From Haliangiales bacterium (lineage in GTDB: Bacteria; Myxococcota_A; Polyangia; Haliangiales; Haliangiaceae), in assembly GCA_041916575.1 (NCBI GenBank), contig JAYRZI010000002.1, positions 149,117 through 213,116 on the forward strand: a DNA stretch of 64,000 nt, read 5' to 3'. Each line of letters begins with the position of its first letter. The first letter of the stretch is position 1. Shown here piece by piece: positions 1 through 9,281 of the stretch. The position numbers were made by a program, and so were the translations under genes. Under the pieces are notes generated by a model. It ran no database searches. It had not been told where the DNA came from and saw nothing but the letters and a program-made list of their open reading frames with translations.

Positions 1-35
1 TGGAGATCGGGGGGCGCGGCTGCTACCACCAAGCC

Positions 36-884
36 ATGAGGATGTTGCCGATGCTGGTGTCGCTGGGGGTCGCGGGCGTGGTGGCGCTTGGGTCGCCATG
101 GTGGCTCGGCTCCGAGGTGCGCGCGCAGCCGAGCCTGTGGCAGGCGCCGGATGGCGCGTATGTGGATGTGCTGCGAGTTATCTCCGACAAGGAGCCCACG
201 CGGCTCGGCGCGCGCTTGTTCTCGTACGAGCTGTCGCCGCCGGCGCACCAGCCGGTGGCGCTGCCGGGCGCGGCGATCGGCGAGCCGGTGGAGTTGGTGA
301 TGCGCGGCGAGCAGCTCGTGGTGCGCGGGAAGGAGCGGGCGTGGCGGCTGGCTTGGCGCAAGAAGGGGCTTCGCCTGCTGGGCTCGGCGCGCTGGGGCGA
401 GTCCGGCCAACCGCCGGCCTGGGCGCGAGCGCGGGTGGTCGATACGCCGAAGGCGGCGTTCGAAGAGCTGGCCGATGCGCTGCGCGCGGTGGAGCGGGGA
501 CCGGGCCTGGCGCGGTTCTTCGGCAAGGGCGAGATCGCGGTGCGTCAGCACGTCTTGGGCATGGCGCCGATCGATGAGCGGCTGCCTGCCGCCGAGCTGC
601 TCGCGCGCTGGCGCGATCGTGACCGCGGCCTGCCGGCTGCCATCGGCTTGGCGCGGGCGCGGGGCGCTCGCTGCGTGGAGCTGCCGGCCGCGCGAAAGCG
701 CGCCTCGTGGCGCCACCGGATGCGCGCCGGGATCGTCGAGCCGCTACAAGATCTGGGCGCCGCGTGCTTCGATGACAAGCTGCAGCTCGTGTCCGTGGAG
801 CTCTATGGCGCGCCGCCGCCGCCGGCGCCTACACCCGAGCCCTTCGCGGCCGATGACCCGACCGCCGTGCCCGCGGCCCGGTAG
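36..884 (+). CDS. hypothetical secreted protein (N-terminal signal peptide)
   Basis: ATG at 36; hydrophobic N-terminus MRMLPMLVSLGVAGVVALG; high GC3 in this frame; no recognisable catalytic motif. Confidence 0.5.
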   Translation: MRMLPMLVSLGVAGVVALGSPWWLGSEVRAQPSLWQAPDGAYVDVLRVISDKEPTRLGARLFSYELSPPAHQPVALPGAAIGEPVELVMRGEQLVVRGKERAWRLAWRKKGLRLLGSARWGESGQPPAWARARVVDTPKAAFEELADALRAVERGPGLARFFGKGEIAVRQHVLGMAPIDERLPAAELLARWRDRDRGLPAAIGLARARGARCVELPAARKRASWRHRMRAGIVEPLQDLGAACFDDKLQLVSVELYGAPPPPAPTPEPFAADDPTAVPAAR

Positions 885-976
885 GCGCACAACCTGCGCC
901 GACCAAGGGGCAGCGAGGAGTGCGCTTGTCGCCGGAGCGCCAACAGCGGCGCCGCGCCAGCCGCTCGGTAGGCTCG

Positions 977-2434
977 CTACCGGCGCCGACCAAGCGGCAC
1001 CAGCGGGCGCGCTTGTCGCCGGTGTGCCATCACGGTCGACCAGGGCCAGCGCTCGGTCACCTCGAGCCCGAACGCCGCCGGGTCGCGGCCCATCGGCGAG
1101 GTGCGCTCGAGCTGTAGCTCGTTGAGCTCGAGCTCGGCGATGAGACCCGGGCGCGCCGCCACCTCGCGGCGAAGCTCGGCGAGAGTCGCCTCTTCTTCGG
1201 CGCGCTCCACACCCGGGAAGCCCATCATGTAGTTGAGCACCAGGGCAACACCCGCGGCCTGAGCCGCATCGAGCAGCGCCAGTAGCATCGCAGGGGACTG
1301 GCGCTTGTGCGCGGTCCGCTGTCCATCTGGCGTCAGGGTCTCGAGGCCAATCTCGAGCGTCGCGCAGCCGCTCGCGCCGAGCTGCGGCAACGCGTCGACC
1401 AGCGCGCGGGAGAGCCTGGTGCAGGCGCTCCACTGGATCCGGCCTTCGATCTTCTCGGCGAGCAAGCGCAGGCGGTCGACCGTGAGGAAGCTGTCCTTGA
1501 ACGACACCACGCCGCCATGCCGCACCGCCAGCTCGATCGCATGGTCTGCCGCCGCCAAGGGCAGCTCGCGTGGCTGGGCCTCCACGCTGGGGTACGTGCA
1601 GAACGTGCACTTGCCATAGCTGCACCCACGGCTGGTCTGCGCCGGGATGATGACGCGATCTCCTTCATGGCGCGCGAGGTCATCGAAGATCGGGACGATG
1701 GCACCGTCTTCTTTCGCCCGCTGCGCGGTGCCGGAGCCGGCGAGAAACACCTCGGCGGGAAGCGCGGCGCCACGCGCAACGGCCGCTAGCAAATCGACCC
1801 ACGTACGCTCGGCGTAGCCCAGCACGAAGCGTTGCTCGAGCCTTCCGTACTCGGGGTCGGCGGCGATCTGCTCGCCGAGCGCGGTCACATGGGGGCCTCC
1901 CCAGACGATCACCGCCCGCGGCCACAGGCTCTTTGCGAGCATCGTGAGCGCCATGGCCGAGAGCACCTGGCCCGCGTACAAGACCGAGATGCCGACGACC
2001 TGCGGGGTCGGCCGGCGCTCGAGCTGGTGGCGCCACTTGGCGCCGAGCGCAGAATGGCAGAGGCGTCGCGCTCCCTCGATGGCCTCGCGATGCGAGAGCC
2101 TCATGGCCTTCACTGCAGTCGTCGGTAGCTCGGCAGCTGCGGCCACGAGCTGGTGATAGCGCGCTTCCCAGGCACGCAACGTGACAGGGCGATCGTGGTC
2201 GCCCAAGATCGCAGAGCGATCGGGCGCGAGCGACTGGGCTGCACGCTGCTCATCGAGCCATTGCGCGTTGAGATCCCATACGCTCATCTCGTGGCCGGCA
2301 TTCCGCGCAGCGCCCACGAGCATGGCCGGCCCCAGAAGCGGCCCGTGCAGCACCTTCAGCAAGGGGGGCACCAGCAACAGCGCTGTGGCCTTGGCTCCGT
2401 CGGCGCGCTGCGAATCGTTGCTCTCGACCTTCAT
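977..2434 (-). CDS. B12-binding-domain radical SAM protein
   Basis: Cys cluster RGCSYGKCTFCTY typical of radical SAM 4Fe-4S site; N-terminal Rossmann-like B12-binding region; start trimmed to ATG at 2434 (MKVESN...) preceded by AAGGGA RBS; the ORF track's upstream extension has an Arg-rich junk N-terminus. Confidence 0.7.
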   Translation of the reverse strand: MKVESNDSQRADGAKATALLLVPPLLKVLHGPLLGPAMLVGAARNAGHEMSVWDLNAQWLDEQRAAQSLAPDRSAILGDHDRPVTLRAWEARYHQLVAAAAELPTTAVKAMRLSHREAIEGARRLCHSALGAKWRHQLERRPTPQVVGISVLYAGQVLSAMALTMLAKSLWPRAVIVWGGPHVTALGEQIAADPEYGRLEQRFVLGYAERTWVDLLAAVARGAALPAEVFLAGSGTAQRAKEDGAIVPIFDDLARHEGDRVIIPAQTSRGCSYGKCTFCTYPSVEAQPRELPLAAADHAIELAVRHGGVVSFKDSFLTVDRLRLLAEKIEGRIQWSACTRLSRALVDALPQLGASGCATLEIGLETLTPDGQRTAHKRQSPAMLLALLDAAQAAGVALVLNYMMGFPGVERAEEEATLAELRREVAARPGLIAELELNELQLERTSPMGRDPAAFGLEVTERWPWSTVMAHRRQARPLVPLGRRR

Positions 2435-2653
2435 GTTCCGGTCCCTTTCTTCGCGAGTTCGCGAGTTGCACGGGGACCAGTGCCGAGCGGCCGTTTTGTG
2501 TAACCGCGGCCGACGATTTTTTGAAGATTTCTTGTAGGTCGCTGAAGTGGCGGGCTTTTCTGCGCTCAACCTTCTCGCTTCGGAGCCCTCGGTGAGCGAC
2601 CGACCAAGTGGTGGTGGCGCGGCAAGTGGAGCGTTGGTGGCGGCCGGGGCGCG

Positions 2654-4072
2654 CTACTCGCCCATGTACTCGCCCAGGTACTCGCGCCACCGCGCGCGGT
2701 GGGTTCGCAGCTTCTTCACCGCGTTGTGAAACGTGTCCTTGGCCTGGGTCTCCGACATCCCAAAGCGCCTACCTAGCTCGCGAAAGCTCGCATTGCTGGT
2801 GGTGCGTTCGCGAACCAGAGCCGCAGCGCTTCCCTGCAAGGTGTCGAGCGCACAATGATAGAACACCTGGAAGCGAGCCTCTTTTTCGCGTTGCTCCACG
2901 GCGGGCTCGCCGGGATCCGGCGGTTCCTCGGGGTCGCACAGCACCTCTCGGTGGCTGCGACGATATCGTGCCGCCAAGTGGTTCCTCACCACCTTCATGG
3001 CGTACGGGAGCACCGGGGTCGGCAACGGCTCCCGGGTACAGGTTCGGAAGATGGCCTCCGAGGTGGCATCCTCGGCATCTGCATATGAGCGGGTATGTCT
3101 CCGCGCTTGCTTCATCAGCTCCGCAGTCACTTCCGCGAGTTCGTCGAAGCAGATCTGGGCGGTATGCCCCTCCGATGGAGCTCCGTCCCGGGCCGGCTCG
3201 AGCACGGTGCTGCACGTCCCCGGCAGCGCGGCGAGCGAAGATCGCGCCGAGAGCTCGCCGGCGGCGACGCACAGCGCGGCCTGTTGGGCCTCGAACGGGC
3301 CCTCGGACTCGGCCAAAGGAGAGAGGTCGACCTTGGCTCGTAGCTCGGCCAGCGGCACCTCGTGCCAGTGGCTGCGCCGCAGGTGGAGGCCGCCTGCGCC
3401 GAGCACCAGCAGTGACGCGGTGACCAGGCCGGTCCGGTATGAGCTCGCGAGCGCCCAGCCTTTGATCGCGACCCAGATCACCGCCGCCACCCGGATCGAC
3501 CACGCCACCACCAGCAGGGCAAAGAAGTAGGCCGCGGCCAAGATGAGCGCCGCGGAGATCTCCTGGAGATGCCATTGCTCGCGGCCCCAGCCAAACGAGG
3601 TGAGCGCGCCCAGCGAGCAAAGGAAGAAGAGCGTCGTCCACACGATCGGGCGGCGCAGCACGAAGGAATCGATGGGGCGCTCGTGTGGGACCACGCGGGT
3701 GAGCCAGGCAACGATCAACACGGCCAGCAGCACGATGTTGACCGCGAAGGCCCCCAGCGATGCGGCGCGCAGGTCTGCCGGCTCGAACGTCCCTAACTGC
3801 AAGAGCGCGTTGCTCGCGCTGGTCACGATGACCGCCGCCACCGTCAGCCAGAGAAAGATCAGGAGCTGGGTGACCAGCCCATACGCAACTACGCCCCCAG
3901 CGATGGTGAGGCCAAGACGTTGCGCGATGGGCGGCGAGGTCGGCGAGGCTGCGGGAGGATCGCTCGGCGGGTCGGCGCCGCGGCCGCCAGTTCCCAGATC
4001 CTCTAGCTCGGTGGCCTCGCGTCGCGAGGACTCTTGTTGACGTTGACGACTGCCACCACCACTCAACACCAT
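2654..4072 (-). CDS. ECF sigma-70 factor domain fused to an N-terminal ~6-TM membrane domain
   Basis: C-terminal ~190 aa carry ECF region 2 (YADAEDATSEAIF...YAMKVVRNHLAARYRR) and region 4 HTH (FRELGRRFGMSETQAKDTFHNAVKKLR); N-terminal 270 aa hold 5-6 hydrophobic helices; one continuous frame with high GC3, ATG at 4072. Confidence 0.6.
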   Translation of the reverse strand: MVLSGGGSRQRQQESSRREATELEDLGTGGRGADPPSDPPAASPTSPPIAQRLGLTIAGGVVAYGLVTQLLIFLWLTVAAVIVTSASNALLQLGTFEPADLRAASLGAFAVNIVLLAVLIVAWLTRVVPHERPIDSFVLRRPIVWTTLFFLCSLGALTSFGWGREQWHLQEISAALILAAAYFFALLVVAWSIRVAAVIWVAIKGWALASSYRTGLVTASLLVLGAGGLHLRRSHWHEVPLAELRAKVDLSPLAESEGPFEAQQAALCVAAGELSARSSLAALPGTCSTVLEPARDGAPSEGHTAQICFDELAEVTAELMKQARRHTRSYADAEDATSEAIFRTCTREPLPTPVLPYAMKVVRNHLAARYRRSHREVLCDPEEPPDPGEPAVEQREKEARFQVFYHCALDTLQGSAAALVRERTTSNASFRELGRRFGMSETQAKDTFHNAVKKLRTHRARWREYLGEYMGE

Positions 4073-4233
4073 GACCCGACTGTACCGGGTTTCACGAATT
4101 GGTTGCGGCCATGCATGGCGTGTGAACGTTGTGTGTCGCCCAACATGAAGTGATCTTAGGGAGTCTAGAAAAGGGAGGTCTGCGACGAAAATGCAACAGC
4201 GCTGTACGGCATGGTGCCGTAGTATCCGCGCCT

Positions 4234-4986
4234 ATGATGAAACGGATTTCATTGTCTGCTGTTCTTTTGTTCACTGCGCTCGTGGGCTGTGTGGATCCCG
4301 GGGCTCCTGCCGAGGAGCCGGAGGTGGTGGAGCAAGAGGTCACCGATCCGGCGCAGCGCGTGTACAACGTGGTCGAGGCGTTCTTGCCGGCCGGCAACTA
4401 CGATGGCGTGGCTGGCGACGAGTGTGTGGCGCTGCTCAACCCCGAGCATCGGCTGCGCAAGATCATCCTCGTCGAGTCGGTGGCGGCCGGCGGCACCTGC
4501 GCGATCTCGGCGTACCCGGCCGGGGCGGCGATGAGCTTCACCTGGGGCGATACCTCGGTCTACCAGGGCAGCGCGGGCATCACCGCGCTACGCGCGGCGC
4601 TCAGCGACACCAACGGCGCCGTGCATCGCTTGATCGGCACCACCACGTCGGAGGCGGCGGCCTACGCCGCGCTGCAGTCGTTCCTGGCGCTGCCCGCCGC
4701 GCAGCAGGCAAGCCAAGTGCCCACGTTCACCGCCAAGCGCGTGCATTCGATCTATGACTTCGAGGGCCAGGAAGAGATCTACGCCGAGGCCGCATACCAG
4801 GCCGTCCGCGTGACCCAGCCGTGCGAGAACCCGGGCTCGCCGCGCCTCGACGCGCGCTACGTCGGCGGCTTCGTCTATGGCTACACCGCCAGCAACAGCG
4901 GGAGCTGCCACAGCGGCTGGTTCTCCAAGCTGCACATCTACAATCGCAACTGGACGCTCTTGGCCAAGCAAGAGTACTCGGAGTAA
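4234..4986 (+). CDS. lipoprotein, unknown function
   Basis: MMKRISLSAVLLFTALVGC lipobox (LVGC) at ATG 4234; the upstream part of the ORF is not used. Confidence 0.6.
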   Translation: MMKRISLSAVLLFTALVGCVDPGAPAEEPEVVEQEVTDPAQRVYNVVEAFLPAGNYDGVAGDECVALLNPEHRLRKIILVESVAAGGTCAISAYPAGAAMSFTWGDTSVYQGSAGITALRAALSDTNGAVHRLIGTTTSEAAAYAALQSFLALPAAQQASQVPTFTAKRVHSIYDFEGQEEIYAEAAYQAVRVTQPCENPGSPRLDARYVGGFVYGYTASNSGSCHSGWFSKLHIYNRNWTLLAKQEYSE

Positions 4987-5045
4987 CGAGCGGACTCGGC
5001 GGAGGTCCCGATCGCCGCCTCGGCCGCGAACGGGGCCTTTGCTTC

Positions 5046-5222
5046 AGCCCGGTCTCAGGCCCGGCCTCGTGCCCGGAATCGGCCTCGTGCCCGGAATCGG
5101 CCTCGGGCTTCGGAATCGGCGTCGGGCTTCGGAATCGGCGTCGGCTTCGGAATCGGCGTCGGCTTCGGAATCGGCGTCGGCGTTGGCGTCGGCGTCGGCT
5201 TCGGCGTCGGCTTCGGCTTCGA
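5046..5222. repeat. GC-rich tandem micro/minisatellite (6-18 bp units, ggcctcgtgcccggaatc x2 then (ggcttcggaatcggcgtc)n degenerating to (ggcgtc/ggcttc)n)
   Basis: Direct visual repeat in the convergent intergenic region between the lipoprotein gene and ada; no spacers, so not CRISPR. Confidence 0.8.
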
Positions 5223-5232
5223 GCCGGCCTCA

Positions 5233-6285
5233 CTACCTCTCACCCGCCTCCGCCTCCGCCTCCTGCGCCAGCAACGCTCGCTTGCGCTCGAGGCCCCAGC
5301 GATAGCCGGCGAGCTGCCCGTCGCCGCGCAGCACTCGGTGGCACGGCACGAGCAGCGCCACCGGATTCTCCGCACACGCGCGCGCCACGGCGCGTGTCGC
5401 GGTGGGCTGGCCGATGGCCTCGGCGATCTGCTGGTACGAGCGGGTCTGCCCGCGCGGGATGGCCTGCAGCGCCAGATACACACGGTGGCGAAAGGCCGTG
5501 GTCTGCACGTCGAGCGGCAGGTCGGGGTGCGGTCTCCGTCCGGCCAGGTGGTCTTCGAGTGCCGCGAACCACACCGCGAGCTTGGGGCTGTCCGGTGCGC
5601 GGACCAGCTTCGCCTGCGGGAACGTGGCGCGCAGGCTGCGCTCGAGCGCCTCGGCGCCATCGCCCAGCTCCACCGCGCACACGCCTGCATCGGTGCCGGC
5701 CAGAAGCAGCGCGCCCAGCGCGGTCTCCCCCACCGTGTACGAGATGGTAACGCCGCTGCCACCGCGCGCGAACGTCGCCGGCGCCATGCCCAGCGCGCCC
5801 TTGCCGTAGACCTGGCTGGGCGACGAGTAGCCCGCGCCGTAGATCGCCAGCGCGATGGAATCGGAGGTGCGCAGCTCGTGGCGCAGCGCCTCGCGTCGGC
5901 AGGCCTCGGCGAACTGCGCCGGGCTCACGCCCAGGACCTCAGCGAACAAGCGCTTGACCTGCGATACCGAGTAGCCGGCGCGGCGCGCCAGCGCCGGCAG
6001 CGGCACCTTGCCGCCGCGTAGCTCGGCGCACAGCGCTCGCACCACCGCCACCGCCATGGTCTCGCGGGCCAGCGGGGTGCAGCGTCGGCACGCGCGAAAG
6101 CCGGCGCGTTCGGCCTCGAGCGGCAGCCGAAAGATGCGCGCTCGGTCGCGTCGCGGCCTCCGCGAGGGGCAGGACGGCCGGCAGAACACCCCGGTCGAGG
6201 TGACGCCGTAGACGAACGCGCCATCGTAGGTGGCGTCGCGGGCCGCGATGGCAGCCCACGCCTTCTCTTCTGGTAGCTCGCTCAT
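5233..6285 (-). CDS. ada: bifunctional Ada: methylphosphotriester-DNA methyltransferase / AraC-type activator / O6-methylguanine-DNA methyltransferase
   Basis: N-terminal Ada Zn domain FVYGVTSTGVFCRPSCPSRRP; AraC HTH ARRAGYSVSQVKRLFAEVLGVSP; C-terminal MGMT active site VPCHRV; start trimmed to ATG at 6285 (MSELPEEK); the 180-aa upstream ORF extension is Arg/Ala junk. Confidence 0.85.
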   Translation of the reverse strand: MSELPEEKAWAAIAARDATYDGAFVYGVTSTGVFCRPSCPSRRPRRDRARIFRLPLEAERAGFRACRRCTPLARETMAVAVVRALCAELRGGKVPLPALARRAGYSVSQVKRLFAEVLGVSPAQFAEACRREALRHELRTSDSIALAIYGAGYSSPSQVYGKGALGMAPATFARGGSGVTISYTVGETALGALLLAGTDAGVCAVELGDGAEALERSLRATFPQAKLVRAPDSPKLAVWFAALEDHLAGRRPHPDLPLDVQTTAFRHRVYLALQAIPRGQTRSYQQIAEAIGQPTATRAVARACAENPVALLVPCHRVLRGDGQLAGYRWGLERKRALLAQEAEAEAGER

Positions 6286-6932
6286 TGCGGCGCCTGCGGA
6301 CGGTAGCGCTCCTCCGGGATGGTGGCCAGCGTCGAGTGGGCCACCGGTGCCGTCAAGCCGAAGAGCTCCTGGAAGCTCATGATGAGAGGCCGCCAGCGCC
6401 GCGGATCGATCTGGTGCCGTTTGTCGTGGCGCAGCAGGCTCTCTTCGACGTGCACCGCGACGATCTCGACCTCGAGCGCCAAGAGGCGGCCGGCGGTCGC
6501 CGGATCGTGCTGGCGCAGCGGCAGCTCGCCGCGCAGCTTGGCCTCGAGCTGCACTGGGCACTCGGCCAGGCGCGGCGGCTCCACCTTCGTGGACGCCAGG
6601 GCCGTGAGCCCGGCGCGGCCGAGCTTGTCGGCCACGTGCACGTAGCCCATCGCTTGCTTGTGCGGTGGCACCGGCGACGAGCCGGTGGTCTTGGCCAGCG
6701 CGTCGACCTGCGCCGCTTGCTCGACCGAAGGCAGGTTGAGCACGCACTCGCCGGTGCGCAGCAGGTTCTGCGGGGTCTGCGAGCGCGCGCCGAAGCCCAG
6801 CACGCACGACCAGCCTAGCCACCACGCCGAGGACATCGGCGCCACGTTGGGCGTGCCGTCGGGGTTCATGGAGCTGACCAGCACCACCGGCGTGCCGAAG
6901 TACAAGATCGCGGGGGCGATGGTTTTGTGCAT
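6282..6932 (-). CDS. flavin reductase-like (FMN-binding split barrel) protein
   Basis: GTPVVLVSS...PNVAPMSSAWWLG resembles the flavin reductase-like family; stop overlaps the ada start (ATGA coupling). Confidence 0.65.
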   Translation of the reverse strand: MHKTIAPAILYFGTPVVLVSSMNPDGTPNVAPMSSAWWLGWSCVLGFGARSQTPQNLLRTGECVLNLPSVEQAAQVDALAKTTGSSPVPPHKQAMGYVHVADKLGRAGLTALASTKVEPPRLAECPVQLEAKLRGELPLRQHDPATAGRLLALEVEIVAVHVEESLLRHDKRHQIDPRRWRPLIMSFQELFGLTAPVAHSTLATIPEERYRPQAPQ

Positions 6933-7011
6933 GCGTCCACCCTAGAGGGAGCCGGCGAGCGCCGCGATCTGGTTTGGCTCATCGCAGCCGGCCGCCGCCA
7001 TCCGGTACCTC

Positions 7012-7713
7012 TTGCGGCGCGGGCGCAGGCGCGGCATTTTCTCGAACGTGAGCTTGCACGCGCCCGAGACCTTCTCTTTCGCGCAGCGCAGCGCGCCGCT
7101 ATCGCCTTCGCCGGCGCTCGTGCACCTGCTCGCCGAGGCCTATGCCGAGCCGCCTCGCGGCTATCATCACCTGGGGCATATCGACGAGGTGCTCGGCTGG
7201 TACGACTGGGCCGGGGCGCAGGTGCCGTGGCGGCAGCCGCGCGAGGTCTTCGTGGCCACGCTGTTCCATGACGCGGTGTACGTGCCCGGGGCCAGGGACA
7301 ATGAGGCCAAGAGCGCGGCGCTGGCCGAGGAGGTCCTGGCCGGGCGGGCCGCGTGCGGCGTGCTCGAGGAGCTGCGCGGCATCGATGCGGCGAGGGTGGC
7401 CGAGCTCATCGCGCTGACCGCGCGCCACGGCCAGCTCGCCGTCGACGAGGTAGATGATGAGGCGGCGCGCTTCCTCGATTGCGACCTGGCGATCTTGGCC
7501 GCCGAGCCGGCGCGCTATCGGCGCTACACGCAAGAGATCGCCGGCGAGTACCGCGCGCTGCCGGCCGAGGCGTATCGTCAGGGCAGGCGTGCATTTGTCA
7601 CCAGCCTCGCAGCACGTCCGCGGCTGTTTCTGAGCGAGCTGTTTCACGGCGCGCTCGATGCGCGGGCGCGAGAGAACCTGGCCGCCGAGCTCGCCGAACG
7701 CGCCGCGCCGTGA
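7012..7713 (+). CDS. HD-domain metal-dependent phosphohydrolase (COG4339-like)
   Basis: YHHLGHIDEV ... ATLFHDAVY gives the H..H...D / HD pattern; the ORF starts on TTG at 7012, and the true start may be GTG at 7048. Confidence 0.5.
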   Translation: MRRGRRRGIFSNVSLHAPETFSFAQRSAPLSPSPALVHLLAEAYAEPPRGYHHLGHIDEVLGWYDWAGAQVPWRQPREVFVATLFHDAVYVPGARDNEAKSAALAEEVLAGRAACGVLEELRGIDAARVAELIALTARHGQLAVDEVDDEAARFLDCDLAILAAEPARYRRYTQEIAGEYRALPAEAYRQGRRAFVTSLAARPRLFLSELFHGALDARARENLAAELAERAAP

Positions 7714-7715
7714 CC

Positions 7716-7738
7716 GGCTGTGGCCTCGCCCACAGCCC
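7716..7738 (+). terminator. putative stem-loop (ggctgtgg-N7-ccacagcc) after the HD-domain gene
   Basis: 7-bp inverted repeat immediately 3' of the stop at 7713; no U-tract. Confidence 0.25.
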
Positions 7739-7791
7739 GCGATGAGGGTTGCGGCGCGGTGCTGGAGCTAGGCTAAGCTTCTGGCTCCATC

Positions 7792-9240
7792 ATGCTGCCC
7801 TTCGTCGCTGCTGCCATCGCCTGTATCAGCCCGCTCGCCTACGGCGCGGTGCCCAATGACGGCAAGCCCGACCAGGCCGCGCTGGCCAAGGCGCTGGCCG
7901 AGGCGCACGCCAAGCGCGCCGCCGTGTGCTTGCCCGCCGGGGTGTTCGAGCTGGGCCGAACCGACGACCGCGCCAGCTTGGTGATCGACCGCGGCCCCGT
8001 CACCTTGCGCGGCGCTGGCGCCGCCACCGTGTTGCGGATGACCGGCGATGGCCGCAAGGGCGACTGGCGCGGCCTCGAGCTGCGCGGCGGGGCTCGCGAC
8101 GTGGTGATCGAAGAGCTCACCATCGACTCGCTCGGCACCTTCAACACCGAGGAGCAGACGCATCTCATCCAGCTCTCTCCCGGCGTGCGCAAGGTGGTCC
8201 TGCGCAAGGTGCATCTGGGCCCGATGCGGCGCCCCGAGCAGAAGCTCGGCGAGGGCAGCGGCGGCGACTGCGTGCGGCTGATCGGCGAGCGCGATCGCAT
8301 GATCGAAGACGTGGTCATCCGCGACACCGCCTTCGTCGATTGCGATCGCTCGGGCGTGAGCCTGCAGCGCGGGCTGCGCCGGATCTCCATCACGCGCTCG
8401 AGCTTTCGCGGCACCGGCGACGCGGCGGTGGACTTCGAGCCGACAGCGCCCGGGCCCATCGAGCGGGTCACCCTCAGCGAGCTGGACATCGAGCAGGCCG
8501 CGGGCTCGCAGGCTTCCTGGGCCATGACCATCGGCGGCCACGGCGAGAGCGTGGCCACCGGGGTCAACGTGACCGATTGCAAGCTGCGCGGCGGAGGCAT
8601 CGGCCTGCTCAACGTCGGCGAGGTGTTGGTTTCCGGCAACGAGATCACGCACGGCTCGAGCGCCGTAGCCACCATCGCGCTGCGCCGACGCGCCGGCCTG
8701 GTGCGCCTGGAGGGTAACGTGATCGTCCGCCCAGCGGAGGCGCCACCGGGAGCCTTGATCGAGGCCCAACACAACAACGGCCTCACGCCGACCGCGCTGA
8801 GGATCTCCGGAAACCACCTTCGCCAGGAGACCGCCGCGCCGCTGGTCTCGACCACCTCGCTGGCGGAGCTAGAGGTGTCGAAGAACCTGCTCGAGTACCT
8901 GGCTAAGGACACGCGGCAGTTCATCATCGATACCCACGCGGTGGCCGCCGATGCAGGCAAGATCCGCGTGCTCGACAACACGATCCGCGGCGCCACGGCG
9001 GCGGCGGCGCTGCGTCTCGACGCTCGCAAGCGCGCGGTCTCGGGCGTCGAGCTGCGCGGCAACGTGGCCGAGTCGCTGGGAGAGTCGGTGGCGTGCGAGA
9101 TGCAACAAGGCGGGCGCATCTCGGAAGTGGCGACCAGCGACAACGTCCTGGGCACCACGCGCTCGCGCTGCATGCTGGCGCCGCAGGCCGATCCCACGCG
9201 CACGGCTCCTCCGCCGGCGGCGAGCGCGGACCCGCGCTGA
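7792..9240 (+). CDS. secreted right-handed parallel beta-helix (pectate-lyase-fold) repeat protein
   Basis: Signal peptide MLPFVAAAIACISPLAYG; repetitive G/N/T-rich turns characteristic of the beta-helix; ATG at 7792. Confidence 0.6.
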   Translation: MLPFVAAAIACISPLAYGAVPNDGKPDQAALAKALAEAHAKRAAVCLPAGVFELGRTDDRASLVIDRGPVTLRGAGAATVLRMTGDGRKGDWRGLELRGGARDVVIEELTIDSLGTFNTEEQTHLIQLSPGVRKVVLRKVHLGPMRRPEQKLGEGSGGDCVRLIGERDRMIEDVVIRDTAFVDCDRSGVSLQRGLRRISITRSSFRGTGDAAVDFEPTAPGPIERVTLSELDIEQAAGSQASWAMTIGGHGESVATGVNVTDCKLRGGGIGLLNVGEVLVSGNEITHGSSAVATIALRRRAGLVRLEGNVIVRPAEAPPGALIEAQHNNGLTPTALRISGNHLRQETAAPLVSTTSLAELEVSKNLLEYLAKDTRQFIIDTHAVAADAGKIRVLDNTIRGATAAAALRLDARKRAVSGVELRGNVAESLGESVACEMQQGGRISEVATSDNVLGTTRSRCMLAPQADPTRTAPPPAASADPR

Positions 9241-9281
9241 GGCGAGGGGCAGGGCTCGCTCGCTAGCAACCGCGGTAGACG

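Noticed and set aside
5046-5222. Possible CRISPR array
   Set aside because: Units are 6-18 bp with no unique spacers and no cas genes; it is a microsatellite, not CRISPR
4727-5305. ORFs spanning the minisatellite (RRRFRSRRR / ASESASASE translations)
   Set aside because: Translations are pure repeat artefacts of the tandem DNA and overlap better-supported convergent genes
6285-6825. 180-aa N-terminal extension of the ada ORF in the track
   Set aside because: Arg/Ala junk with no similarity; true Ada N-terminus (MSELPEEK...FVYGVTSTGVFCRPSC) starts at 6285 and is ATGA-coupled to the upstream gene
7768-9269. Long minus-strand ORFs (349 and 476 aa) antisense to the beta-helix gene
   Set aside because: Arg/Ala/Pro/Ser-rich low-complexity translations with no motifs, typical shadow ORFs in 70% GC DNA; the plus-strand frame has the signal peptide and beta-helix periodicity
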